DNA of 64,000 nucleotides, from assembly GCA_016783505.1 (NCBI GenBank), contig JADHWK010000005.1, positions 1,764-65,763 of the forward strand. The letters are read 5' to 3'. Below, one piece after another: positions 27,436-36,372 of the stretch. Made by a program: the position numbers and the translations under genes. This DNA comes from Candidatus Zhuqueibacterota bacterium (GTDB lineage: Bacteria; BS750m-G25). Below the pieces are notes generated by a model. It did no database searches, was not told where the DNA came from, and was given only the letters and a program-made list of their open reading frames with translations. The stretch's first letter is position 1; each line of letters starts with the position of its first letter.

Positions 27436-28875
27436 ATGAAAATCTTTTTTCTTGTTTTTCTATTAACTACTACAATCGTCCATTCCCAGGTTTTAAAACC
27501 GATCAGTTTCAATCTTACAGAGAATGAGTCCCCGGTAGAACGGATTCTGTCAAATTCCGTCATTGACATCCAGGCGTCCGATGGGGTGGTTTGGTTTGCT
27601 ACGGGTAAAGGGGTGAGCAAGACTCCTGATGGAGGGGATAACTGGTTCACCTACACCCGGGATCACGGACTGGGCAAGGGGGGGATATCGGCCCTGGCGG
27701 TCAGGGACAGCATTATCTGGGTGGCCACTGCTTTCGATACCACGGTGGGGGTAGTGGGCGCCGGAGGGGGGTTGAGCTATTCAACCGATGGGGGGAATAG
27801 CTGGACCTGGATGCCCCAGCCAGTGGACTCCCGGGGGGATACTTTAGGCGGCATGAACCCAACTACTACCAATGTGGACAATATCACCTACGACATTGCC
27901 CTTACTGACTCGACCGTCTGGATTGCTTCCTTCGGCGGGGGATTAAGAAAATATTCCTACGCCAATGGCCGCTGGGAGGTGATTCCCCCCGATGATAAAC
28001 CCTTCAGCGTCTGGGATAATCTGAACCACCGGGCCTTTTCAGTGGCGACTGCGGAGGAGAGTATCTGGGTGGGAACGGCGGATGGGCTGAACAAGTCCAC
28101 CGATGGTGGGGAAAGTTGGGACAATTACAATTCACAGAATGGAATCCCTGGTGACTGGGTGACGGGCCAGGGGGTTCAACGCTGGGGTGAAAGGGAAATC
28201 CTCTGGGCTGCCTGCTGGCCCACCGATGAGAGCGAATATTATGGGGTGGCTAAATCAGAAAACGGGGGGCTTTCCTGGCAGACCACTCTCACCGGGGAGA
28301 AGGTTTACAACTTCGGTTTTCAGGATTCGGTGGTATACACCGCCGCCGAGAGCGGGCTTTGGAAGTCAGCCGATGGGGGGTTGACCTGGGGAAAATTTCC
28401 CCCAATGGTAGATCACCAGAACGGGGACCGTATTTACTCTGATGCGGTTTATGCCGTCTTCCCGGCGGGAAATACCCTGTGGGTGGGAACGGGAGATGGG
28501 GTGGCCAAATCGGATGACCTGGGTTACAGCTGGACGATCTACCGTTCCTTCGTGCCGGCGGGTAGGGATGGCCAGCCCTCAACCTACGCCTATCCCAACC
28601 CCTTCTCTCCTGCCCGGATCGGTGATCTACCCCCGGTGCGGTTTCAATACCGAACTACTGCTACCAACACCTTAGTGACGATGAAGGTTTATAATTTCGC
28701 ACTTGAGTGGGTACGAACAGTAGTAGAGAACCGGCAGCGGCTGGCGCCCGGGGATTACGCCGAGATCTGGGACGGTAGGGATGACGACGGCCGTATCGTG
28801 GCCAACGGAGTTTACTTTTACCAGCTAATCCGAAACGGCCGGGAGGACTGGGGGAAGGTGATGGTGCTCGATTAG
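27436..28875 (+). CDS. BNR/Asp-box repeat beta-propeller protein with T9SS C-terminal sorting domain
   Basis: Signal peptide MKIFFLVFLLTTTIVHSQ. Six S/T-x-D-G-G-x-S/T-W Asp boxes. The C-terminus YAYPNPFSP...VYNFALEWVRTV...WDGRDDDGRIVANGVYFYQL matches the type-A / FlgD-Ig-like T9SS CTD. Confidence 0.6.
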   Translation: MKIFFLVFLLTTTIVHSQVLKPISFNLTENESPVERILSNSVIDIQASDGVVWFATGKGVSKTPDGGDNWFTYTRDHGLGKGGISALAVRDSIIWVATAFDTTVGVVGAGGGLSYSTDGGNSWTWMPQPVDSRGDTLGGMNPTTTNVDNITYDIALTDSTVWIASFGGGLRKYSYANGRWEVIPPDDKPFSVWDNLNHRAFSVATAEESIWVGTADGLNKSTDGGESWDNYNSQNGIPGDWVTGQGVQRWGEREILWAACWPTDESEYYGVAKSENGGLSWQTTLTGEKVYNFGFQDSVVYTAAESGLWKSADGGLTWGKFPPMVDHQNGDRIYSDAVYAVFPAGNTLWVGTGDGVAKSDDLGYSWTIYRSFVPAGRDGQPSTYAYPNPFSPARIGDLPPVRFQYRTTATNTLVTMKVYNFALEWVRTVVENRQRLAPGDYAEIWDGRDDDGRIVANGVYFYQLIRNGREDWGKVMVLD

Positions 28876-28888
28876 GATTATTCTAACC

Positions 28889-28930
28889 AAGTGTGAAGTG
28901 AATTAAAGTGCGAAGTTAGAAGTGCAAAAA
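28889..28930. repeat. GAAGTG hexamer array, second copy
   Basis: GTGTGAAGTGaattaaagtgcGAAGTtaGAAGTGcaaaaa starts 14 nt after the stop of the BNR protein. Compare 9424. Confidence 0.5.
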
Positions 28931-29290
28931 GTTTATAGGTAGGAATTCAGTGAACTGCGCATTTGGAGAGTAGCCGAAAACCCTTCCTTGCCTGAAGGTC
29001 TCCCCAGACGGGCCGTATGGCTGACCGAGGAATGGTCTTGTTCGGTAAGGACACCTTTGCCCTAAATATAGTGATAGTCGAAATTTTCTTCGCAATTTGA
29101 TTTACGATAAAATATAATAAGCCCGTGAACGGGTAACCCTGGCACTTTTTTAATTGGAGTTATCCCGATGTATCGGGATTTATCAAAAGTAATATTTTCG
29201 GACATTCATCTGGGGAAATTGATAGGTTTTCGTTGTTATAGAATAAATTGGCTTATGCATAATCCATTGGAACTAAGACATAGTTTTTTA

Positions 29291-31228
29291 ATGCCACTAC
29301 TAAAGCTGATATCTTTAGTCGGATTCTTAAGTTTCATTATTGGGGCAGGATGTGAAGTAAAACCCCCGGGGGCGGGAAACCATGCCCCTGAAGTAACCAG
29401 GATAACGGCTTCGCCGTCGGTGATCCTTCCCCAGGGGGAAACAACCTTGAAGGTTGAAGCTTCTGATGATGATAATGACCCCTTGCAATATCAATGGATG
29501 TCCGAGGCTGGATCTTTTCTTGGGGACAGTACAAAGAGTCAAGTGACCTGGAAGGCCCCTAGTTTGGTGGATACATTTACTTTTTTTGTAACGGTGAGTG
29601 ATGGCAAGGATTCCACCTCGGGGATGGTAGATGTGGTCGTGGATACAACAACCGGGGAGATTGTGGGCTATGTAAAAGCTGGAGGGGATAGTATCCCTGT
29701 TGCCAACGTAGTTGTGGAATGTCGAGGTGTGGCGGATACTACTGATGCTGACTCGGGTTTGTATCGGCTGAAGAATATCCTCATCGGGATGGATTCGATC
29801 CGGGCTGAGGTGCTGCCGGAGATCATTCAGGTCGTCTTTTACCAAAGCTTGTTTGAAATCCCCACATGGGATTACTTGCCCTGGGGGGATACAATTATTG
29901 TTGAAGTAGGGGTGAACCGTAAGGATATCCTGCTGTCACCGGCCGCTAACCTATACGGATATGTCAAGAATTCCCAAGATGTACCTGTTGACAGCGCAAT
30001 CGTTTTCTTGGATAGCTGGGAATACGTTACCGACAGCACCGGGGTTTTTGGATTTCTTTCCGTTCCCTGGGATCAGTATGAGCTAACAGTTCAGGCCAGG
30101 GGCTATCGGGACACCAGTTTTGTCCTGAACCTGGACACCTTCCGTGTTCGTTTTGACCCCCAGTTGGTGGCCGAGCCGATCTCCCCCCCATGGGGAATAG
30201 ATGCCTTCTTATATGGGAACAGTGTAATTGCTGTTACCTGGAATTTTCCCGAGGAAAGGTTTACACTATTAGGATATACCCTGTATCGAGGACGCTCAGC
30301 AGAGAGCCCAGGTGAGCGGGTGAATACAACTCTCATTTCCCCTGAACAAGTATTTTATGAAGAGTCGGGACTGGAACTGGGAAGATATTTCTATAAAATT
30401 TGTTCAGTTAATATTGACTCAGTAGAAGGATTCCTATCCTTAGCCAGCCCCGGGGTGGGGATATGGGATACCGTTGATGCGATGGCCCGGGTGCCGACGG
30501 GATATTTCATACAGGGCGATTTCCCGGCGGACTCGGGCTACGGGAATTATACGGTGCCAGCCAATCCCGTATGGGTAAATGAGTTCTTCATGGATCAATT
30601 TGAGGCGACCAATCAGCAATATGCAGACTATTTGAATGATGCCATGAACCAAGGGAAGATCGAAACCGATGGGCTCTCAGTTACCGGGATCACCCCCTAT
30701 TTCGGGGAAGAATATCTAGATTTGGATGACACCCATTGTATAATAAACTATCAGGGTGGTGAGTTTGAGATTGAAAGTGGTTTTGAAAAATTACCGGTGG
30801 TGGAGGTGTCGTGGTTTGGTGCTGATGCCTACGCCCAGCATATGGGGAAAAGGCTGCCCACCGAAGCCGAATGGGAGAAGGCGGCCCGGGGAGTATCCCC
30901 TGACTACGGGCAGACAGAAGGGGTCGGGTGGGGTTTTAAATACCCCTGGGGCAACAATCCATCCAACCCAAGCCTTTGCAATTCGGGCAACTGGATGGGT
31001 GAGCTAATCCCGGTGGACAGCTTAAATAATGGGGTTTCCCAATATGGTGTCTACAATATGGCCGGCAATGTCTGGGAATGGACCGCCGATTCCTCAGGGA
31101 CGAATCGAATCCTCCGGGGGGGGAGTTGGCTGAATGATTATTATCTGGGCTGCGGCTTCCGTTTCGCCATAGCTCCATCCACGATGAAGAACGATGTCGG
31201 GTTTCGTTGCGTAAGCGACACACGTTGA
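29291..31228 (+). CDS. Multidomain lipoprotein with C-terminal formylglycine-generating-enzyme (FGE-sulfatase/SUMF1) domain; GldJ/GldK/PorK-like
   Basis: Lipobox LSFIIGAGC, then Ig/CarboxypepD_reg/FN3-like segments. The C-terminal approximately 260 aa are an FGE domain (VPANPVWVNEFFMDQFEATNQQY, VSWFGADAYAQHMGKRLPTEAEWEKAARG, NMAGNVWEWTAD, RGGSW, GFRCVSD). Confidence 0.65.
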   Translation: MPLLKLISLVGFLSFIIGAGCEVKPPGAGNHAPEVTRITASPSVILPQGETTLKVEASDDDNDPLQYQWMSEAGSFLGDSTKSQVTWKAPSLVDTFTFFVTVSDGKDSTSGMVDVVVDTTTGEIVGYVKAGGDSIPVANVVVECRGVADTTDADSGLYRLKNILIGMDSIRAEVLPEIIQVVFYQSLFEIPTWDYLPWGDTIIVEVGVNRKDILLSPAANLYGYVKNSQDVPVDSAIVFLDSWEYVTDSTGVFGFLSVPWDQYELTVQARGYRDTSFVLNLDTFRVRFDPQLVAEPISPPWGIDAFLYGNSVIAVTWNFPEERFTLLGYTLYRGRSAESPGERVNTTLISPEQVFYEESGLELGRYFYKICSVNIDSVEGFLSLASPGVGIWDTVDAMARVPTGYFIQGDFPADSGYGNYTVPANPVWVNEFFMDQFEATNQQYADYLNDAMNQGKIETDGLSVTGITPYFGEEYLDLDDTHCIINYQGGEFEIESGFEKLPVVEVSWFGADAYAQHMGKRLPTEAEWEKAARGVSPDYGQTEGVGWGFKYPWGNNPSNPSLCNSGNWMGELIPVDSLNNGVSQYGVYNMAGNVWEWTADSSGTNRILRGGSWLNDYYLGCGFRFAIAPSTMKNDVGFRCVSDTR

Positions 31229-31253
31229 CCAGCTGCGTTTAAATCGGTTCGTT

Positions 31254-32714
31254 ATGATAAGGAAAAGAACACATAGACTGATTTTATTTCTCATTCTTTC
31301 GGGGTTGGTTTCCTGCAGCCGGGACGAGGGTGAAGAGCTGACAGGTCCTGGGGGGGGAGATGATTTGACGGGAAATTTCCCCGTCAGCATCGCCTATCCC
31401 CCCCATCAGGCTACTGTCTTCGATTCAATATCCATAGTGGTGACTATCGGCGCCGAAATCGAAATCATCAGTGTGAACTTCTTCATCAATCTCAATTCAA
31501 CCTTCACCGATACGTTAGCCCCATGGCGGTATGAGTGGGACTTATCTATTTATGAGTCGTTTGCGGAATGCGAGCTCTTTGCCATTGCCTACGACATTAA
31601 TAATAAGGGTAGTTCGTCGGATACTATCACTGTTACAATTGGGCAACCAGGGGGAAACAACCCCCCCTTACCGGTGAACTTATTTAAACCGGGCGAAGAT
31701 GATGTCACTTCATCTTCAGTCTTTTTGTCCTGGTCAAAAAGCGAAGATGATGATTTTACTTTTTATAAAATTTGTTACTCCCGAAATCCTGAAGTCGGAT
31801 TAATCCCCTCTAATTTGGATACTACCATTGAAGACATATTGGATACTACACACTATGTTCAGGGTTTGGGTTCTGATAGTGTTTATTATTTCAAGGTGTT
31901 TGTTGCCGATTCAGGGGAGATGACATCGGAGAGCAATGAGGTCAGGGTAAAAACGCCAAGGGGTGGGGGAACCTATGGCGAAATGGTCTTCATTCCCCGG
32001 GGATATTTCGTCATGGGGGATACCCCGGATGGTTACGGAAACGAGGATCATCCCGACACCGCCGTTTTTGTCCCCGGGTTTTTCATTGACAAATACGAGG
32101 TAACCAATGAGGCCTTTGCCGATTTTCTCAATGATGGAAATGCCGCCTATTATGACAGTGCTCAGAAAATTCAGGATACCCTGGGAATATTTTCAACCAG
32201 TCCGGGCTATAAACATCATCCGGTGGAGTATGTTTCTTGGGAGGCGGCCCACACCTTCGCCAACTGGGCGGGCAAAGGGCTGCCCACCGAAGCCGAATGG
32301 GAGAAAGCGGCCCGGGGGGTAAGCAGGGAACACGGATATGTCATTATAGGATCGGATACGGTGGGTTACGGTTATAAATATCCCTGGGATAATGGGGACT
32401 ATTCCTCAGGCCTGGCCAATTGCAATAACGTCGTTGGGGAGACCACACCAGTGGGGGGCTATCCGGATGGGGATAGTCAATGGGAGGACGGTAGTGTGAG
32501 CGACCTGGCGGGCAACGTGGCGGAATGGACCGCTGATTGGTACGGGGCATACCGGTCCACCCACCAGCCCCCAATTTCGGGGACCCACCGGGTTGTCCGT
32601 GGGGGTGGATGGAACCTGAACCTCACCGGTATACCGACGGCTGCTCGGAGCCAGGTGCCGCCGTCGTTCACAGAGCAGGGTGTGGGATTCCGCTGTGTAG
32701 CGGATGCGAAATAG
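31254..32714 (+). CDS. Lipoprotein with FN3-like N-terminal domain and C-terminal FGE-sulfatase domain; GldK/PorK-like
   Basis: Lipobox LSGLVSC. FGE motifs: FIPRGYFVMGD, YEVTNEAFADFLND, VSWEAAHTFANWAGKGLPTEAEWEKAARG, NVAEWTADW, RGGGW, GFRCVAD. It shares a 38-nt near-identical stretch with the upstream paralog. Confidence 0.65.
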   Translation: MIRKRTHRLILFLILSGLVSCSRDEGEELTGPGGGDDLTGNFPVSIAYPPHQATVFDSISIVVTIGAEIEIISVNFFINLNSTFTDTLAPWRYEWDLSIYESFAECELFAIAYDINNKGSSSDTITVTIGQPGGNNPPLPVNLFKPGEDDVTSSSVFLSWSKSEDDDFTFYKICYSRNPEVGLIPSNLDTTIEDILDTTHYVQGLGSDSVYYFKVFVADSGEMTSESNEVRVKTPRGGGTYGEMVFIPRGYFVMGDTPDGYGNEDHPDTAVFVPGFFIDKYEVTNEAFADFLNDGNAAYYDSAQKIQDTLGIFSTSPGYKHHPVEYVSWEAAHTFANWAGKGLPTEAEWEKAARGVSREHGYVIIGSDTVGYGYKYPWDNGDYSSGLANCNNVVGETTPVGGYPDGDSQWEDGSVSDLAGNVAEWTADWYGAYRSTHQPPISGTHRVVRGGGWNLNLTGIPTAARSQVPPSFTEQGVGFRCVADAK

Positions 32715-32804
32715 TAGACGTAAAACACTTCACAGGGTACGGCCTTAAAGGGCCTACTCCGGGAGAATGGCTGATTTTTGAGGTGATTCATCAGGCAGAA
32801 TCTT

Positions 32805-33740
32805 ATGAAACGTTTGACTTTAGGTAAGTTTTGTCTCTTTCTTGTTTTTTTCGGCCTGGTCTTCCCGGGACTTTCTGGAGCCAGCCAGGGCGCGGCGGGG
32901 GCTTTTCTGCGGATGGGGCTGGGGGCCAAGGCTATGGCCATGGGGGATGCCTTTGTGGCCGGAGGGAATGACGGATTCGCCGGGTTTTACAACCCCGCCC
33001 TGCTTCCCTCCTTGGTGGGACGATGGATAGCCCTCTCATACCGTTTCCTTGCACTGGATCGTCGGTTTATGTATCTGGGGTATGCTTCCCCCCTTAAACC
33101 CACCGCTGGCCTGGCCATCGGATGGATAAGTTCCGGAATAGGTGACGTCGGTGGGTATGATTTTGAAGGAAATTATTACGGGGATCTAACCGCCGGTGAG
33201 GATGCCTTCTATTTTTCTTTTGCTAACAAGTTCGGAGACCGGGTTTCGGTGGGCCTGAGCGCTAAAGTGGTCCGGCACCGATTGGATGAGGTTACCGCCA
33301 GGGGATTTGGGTTGGATTTCGGGGGGCTGATTCAAGTCTGGTCCGGTCTTTGGATCGGGGGTCAGGTTAAAGATGTGCGGACCCAATACAGTTGGGATAC
33401 CTCGGACTACTGGGAGCACGGAATGAGCAAGGTGGACCACTTCCCCCGGGTTCAGCGCTACGGTCTGTGCTATCGCTTTTCTGGATCCCGAATGGTAATG
33501 GCAGACGTTGAAGCCCAGGATGGGGAAGTTGCCTATCATCTGGGGGGAGAAGTCGGTTTTGTCCTAAACCCCACGGCACTTTTTGTCCTCCGGGGTGGAT
33601 ATGACGACGGAAAACCGACCCTGGGATTCGGATATTCCTTCTCTTTATACCGTGCCTCTTCGGTGCTGGATTATGCTTTCGTCCTCGAAGATGTAGCTCC
33701 GGCTGGAAGCCAGATCATCTCGTGGTCATTTCTCTTCTAG
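32805..33740 (+). CDS. PorV/PorQ-like (FadL-fold) outer-membrane beta-barrel
   Basis: Signal peptide, then GAAGAFLRMGLGAKAMAMGDAFVAGGNDGFAGFYNPALL. The beta-strand periodicity and C-terminal aromatic fit an OM barrel. Confidence 0.45.
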   Translation: MKRLTLGKFCLFLVFFGLVFPGLSGASQGAAGAFLRMGLGAKAMAMGDAFVAGGNDGFAGFYNPALLPSLVGRWIALSYRFLALDRRFMYLGYASPLKPTAGLAIGWISSGIGDVGGYDFEGNYYGDLTAGEDAFYFSFANKFGDRVSVGLSAKVVRHRLDEVTARGFGLDFGGLIQVWSGLWIGGQVKDVRTQYSWDTSDYWEHGMSKVDHFPRVQRYGLCYRFSGSRMVMADVEAQDGEVAYHLGGEVGFVLNPTALFVLRGGYDDGKPTLGFGYSFSLYRASSVLDYAFVLEDVAPAGSQIISWSFLF

Positions 33741-33866
33741 CATAGCTTATTCATTAGTCATAAAGAGACAGAGATTCTTTGCAACAATTCACTACTAAAT
33801 GTTATTTCTGAATCCTTTATCCTTTTTGTTCTATTTCAAAGTTCCCCTTTGAAATCCCCCCTTATT

Positions 33867-33887
33867 CCCCCCTTTAATAAAGGGGGG
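33867..33887 (+). terminator. Hairpin CCCCCCTTTaatAAAGGGGGG after the first PorV-like gene
   Basis: Perfect 9-bp G/C-rich stem. There is no strong downstream T-run, so it may be a stabiliser rather than a terminator. Confidence 0.3.
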
Positions 33888-34077
33888 ATTACAAATCAAG
33901 GCCTATATTGTGCCTTGCTCCAAAGGGACTCCTTCGGGGGGTGACTTAGTGGCTGAACTGTTACAAAAACACTAATGTTTTCATTAAGTTTTAGAAAATC
34001 TTAAACATTAAGAAAGGTTTTTTTCTCATAACTTCGGTGTCAGAATGATAGGGAGTGAACTGTTACGGAGACTGAAT

Positions 34078-35001
34078 ATGCGCTCGGCTGGTATGGGATT
34101 TATAGGAAGAGGCGCTGTTAGTTTTATCTTTTTGTTTCTCATTGGGACCCCTTTATCGGCGAAAGAATCCGGTCTGGCCTTCCTTAAGATCGGGGTCGGG
34201 GGCCGGGAGATGGGAATGGGAGGGGCGGGCAGTGCCCTTGCCAGGGGGGGGGTGGCAACTTACTGGAACCCGGCGGGGTTGGCTGGGTTGGAAAGAAGCG
34301 AGATCGTTTTTTCCCACAGCCCTTGGATACTGGATATTAAGCGTCAATTTTTAGCAGTGGTTCTTCCAGGGTGGGGTGTGACTTTTGGCATGAGTGCAAA
34401 TTATCTAACCGTAGGGGGAATTGAGATCCGAAAATCCCCTACCGCTGAGCCAATTGGAACCTTTACCAGCCGGGACGTGGCATTGGGTCTGTCCGTTGCC
34501 AGGACTATCGGGGGGGGACTGTCAGCGGGCTTGACCCTAAAATACCTGTACGAAAAGATTTACTGGGAGAGCTCAAAAGGGGTGGCCCTGGACATGGGAA
34601 TGTTATGGGGTGATCCCAGCGGGGATCTGAGATTGGGACTGGTGGGTCAGAATCTGGGCACCATGGATGCGATGAAAGAAGAAAGGGTTGCGCTGCCAAC
34701 GCAGATCAGAATGGGGATTGGCTACCGGATTCCCCGGGATTTTTTTGGTGGGCAGGTTCTGATGGGGTCCGATCTGATTCGATCCTTTTCTGTCCCCCTT
34801 ACTTGCTTTCATAGTGGGATGGAGTATAGTTTTCGTGGGCTATTGGCCCTGCGCTGGGGGTATCGCTGGAGTTCCCGACAGCGGGGGATAACAACGGGGT
34901 TCGGCCTAAGCTGGGGCTGGCTTCGGCTGGATTACGGGTACGTCCCCTTCCCTTATGATCTGGGAAATACCCACTGCTTTTCCATGACTATAGATATTTA
35001 A
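34078..35001 (+). CDS. PorV/PorQ-like (FadL-fold) outer-membrane beta-barrel, paralog
   Basis: Signal peptide MRSAGMGFIGRGAVSFIFLFLIGTPLSA, then AFLKIGVGGREMGMGGAGSALARGGVATYWNPAGLAGL. The start is placed at the ATG 8 nt after a GGAG. The ORF-track start at 34045 lies inside a conserved leader element. Confidence 0.45.
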   Translation: MRSAGMGFIGRGAVSFIFLFLIGTPLSAKESGLAFLKIGVGGREMGMGGAGSALARGGVATYWNPAGLAGLERSEIVFSHSPWILDIKRQFLAVVLPGWGVTFGMSANYLTVGGIEIRKSPTAEPIGTFTSRDVALGLSVARTIGGGLSAGLTLKYLYEKIYWESSKGVALDMGMLWGDPSGDLRLGLVGQNLGTMDAMKEERVALPTQIRMGIGYRIPRDFFGGQVLMGSDLIRSFSVPLTCFHSGMEYSFRGLLALRWGYRWSSRQRGITTGFGLSWGWLRLDYGYVPFPYDLGNTHCFSMTIDI

Positions 35002-35237
35002 GCCTGCGCTTTCCGATCAAAAAATCTATTTCCTTATTGTTCCTCTTACAAAAAATGTATATTTCTTGTTGACTTTTAAAAAATTTTTAGTAAATTTAAG
35101 GCATAACTATGTAACGTTGGTTATTCAAGAAGGAAAAATGCGGACCCATTAAAAGGGGAGGGGATCCTTCAGCTTAATTTTTTTGTTGCATTTACCATCA
35201 AATTTTATTGGTTTTGTTTATAGGGAGGGATGATTTT

Positions 35238-35840
35238 TTGAAACGGATTTGTTTTTTTATCCCCGGCTTAGTCTGGGCCTTGCTTAATTTCGTTTCCTGT
35301 GACGATCTTTTCAGCACCCGGAGCCCGGAGCCCCCCGAAGGGGGACAGCGCTCCAGTTGGGTCCCGCCAACCTCACCGGATATTGTGCTAACGAACATGA
35401 AAAATGCGGTGCAAGATTTGAACTCGAGCGATTACCAATCATGCTTTAGTGACACTGGCGGTGGACTTGAACCCTTCATGTTTAAGGCGGATCAGGCTTC
35501 ATTAAATAATTTTCCGATACTTAAAGATTGGGGGTTAGAGGAGGAAATAGATTTCTTTGATCGTTTAAAGCCCCCCTTTCTTCCATCCGATTCAACGAAG
35601 GAACTGAGACTCTATCCTCAGTCTGAGACATTGTATTCCGACTCGGCGGTGTTTATCGAAGATTATGTCCTGACGGTTAATCATACCGACTCTCAGATCC
35701 CCCAGCGGGTTCAGGGCAATGCCGAATTTCATTTAAAAAGGGATGAAGGTGGGCTTTGGGCTATCACCTTGTGGCAGGATGAAGATCTAGCCGACGATAT
35801 CCCCCCGTGGAGCGAACTCAAAGCCCTTTTGGCGGATTAA
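35238..35840 (+). CDS. Small lipoprotein, unknown function
   Basis: A TTG start 7 nt after AGGGAGGGA gives MKRICFFIPGLVWALLNFVSC (lipobox). Confidence 0.4.
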   Translation: MKRICFFIPGLVWALLNFVSCDDLFSTRSPEPPEGGQRSSWVPPTSPDIVLTNMKNAVQDLNSSDYQSCFSDTGGGLEPFMFKADQASLNNFPILKDWGLEEEIDFFDRLKPPFLPSDSTKELRLYPQSETLYSDSAVFIEDYVLTVNHTDSQIPQRVQGNAEFHLKRDEGGLWAITLWQDEDLADDIPPWSELKALLAD

Positions 35841-35865
35841 AGCTATATTTGGGAAGCTTAAAATT

Positions 35866-36345
35866 ATGAGGCCGATATTTATAGTTTTATTGGTGATTTT
35901 GATGACGGGGTGTTATAATCCCTTTGCCCCGAAACTGGGCAAGTCCGGTTCCTCTCTAATCACCTCACAGGAAACCGTCCCCGACCTTCTGGATAATTTT
36001 AAATACGCATATACCTTCAAAGATTCTGTTATTTACAGTAACCTTCTAGATTCATCCTTCGTTTTTGTCTATTATGATTATGATCAGAACCGCTATCTCT
36101 CGTGGGATCGGGATGTGGAACTGAGGACGACGGGGAGATTGCTCCGGTATTTCGAACATAACCAACTGGTCTGGCATGAACCCATTCCCGAGATGACCCC
36201 TTCGACCCAGGATAGCAGCTTTCTGGTTAGTTTTAATCTGGAAATGGACGATCATCATATCTTCGGGGACGCATTCTTCACTATTGTTCGCAACGCCGAC
36301 CAGAAGCTTCGCATCGCTAAATGGAAGGATTTTAGCAATTTTTAA
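35866..36345 (+). CDS. Small lipoprotein, unknown function
   Basis: Begins MRPIFIVLLVILMTGC, a lipobox. Confidence 0.4.
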   Translation: MRPIFIVLLVILMTGCYNPFAPKLGKSGSSLITSQETVPDLLDNFKYAYTFKDSVIYSNLLDSSFVFVYYDYDQNRYLSWDRDVELRTTGRLLRYFEHNQLVWHEPIPEMTPSTQDSSFLVSFNLEMDDHHIFGDAFFTIVRNADQKLRIAKWKDFSNF

Positions 36346-36372
36346 GATTATAATTAAGCTGGTTTCTTAGAA

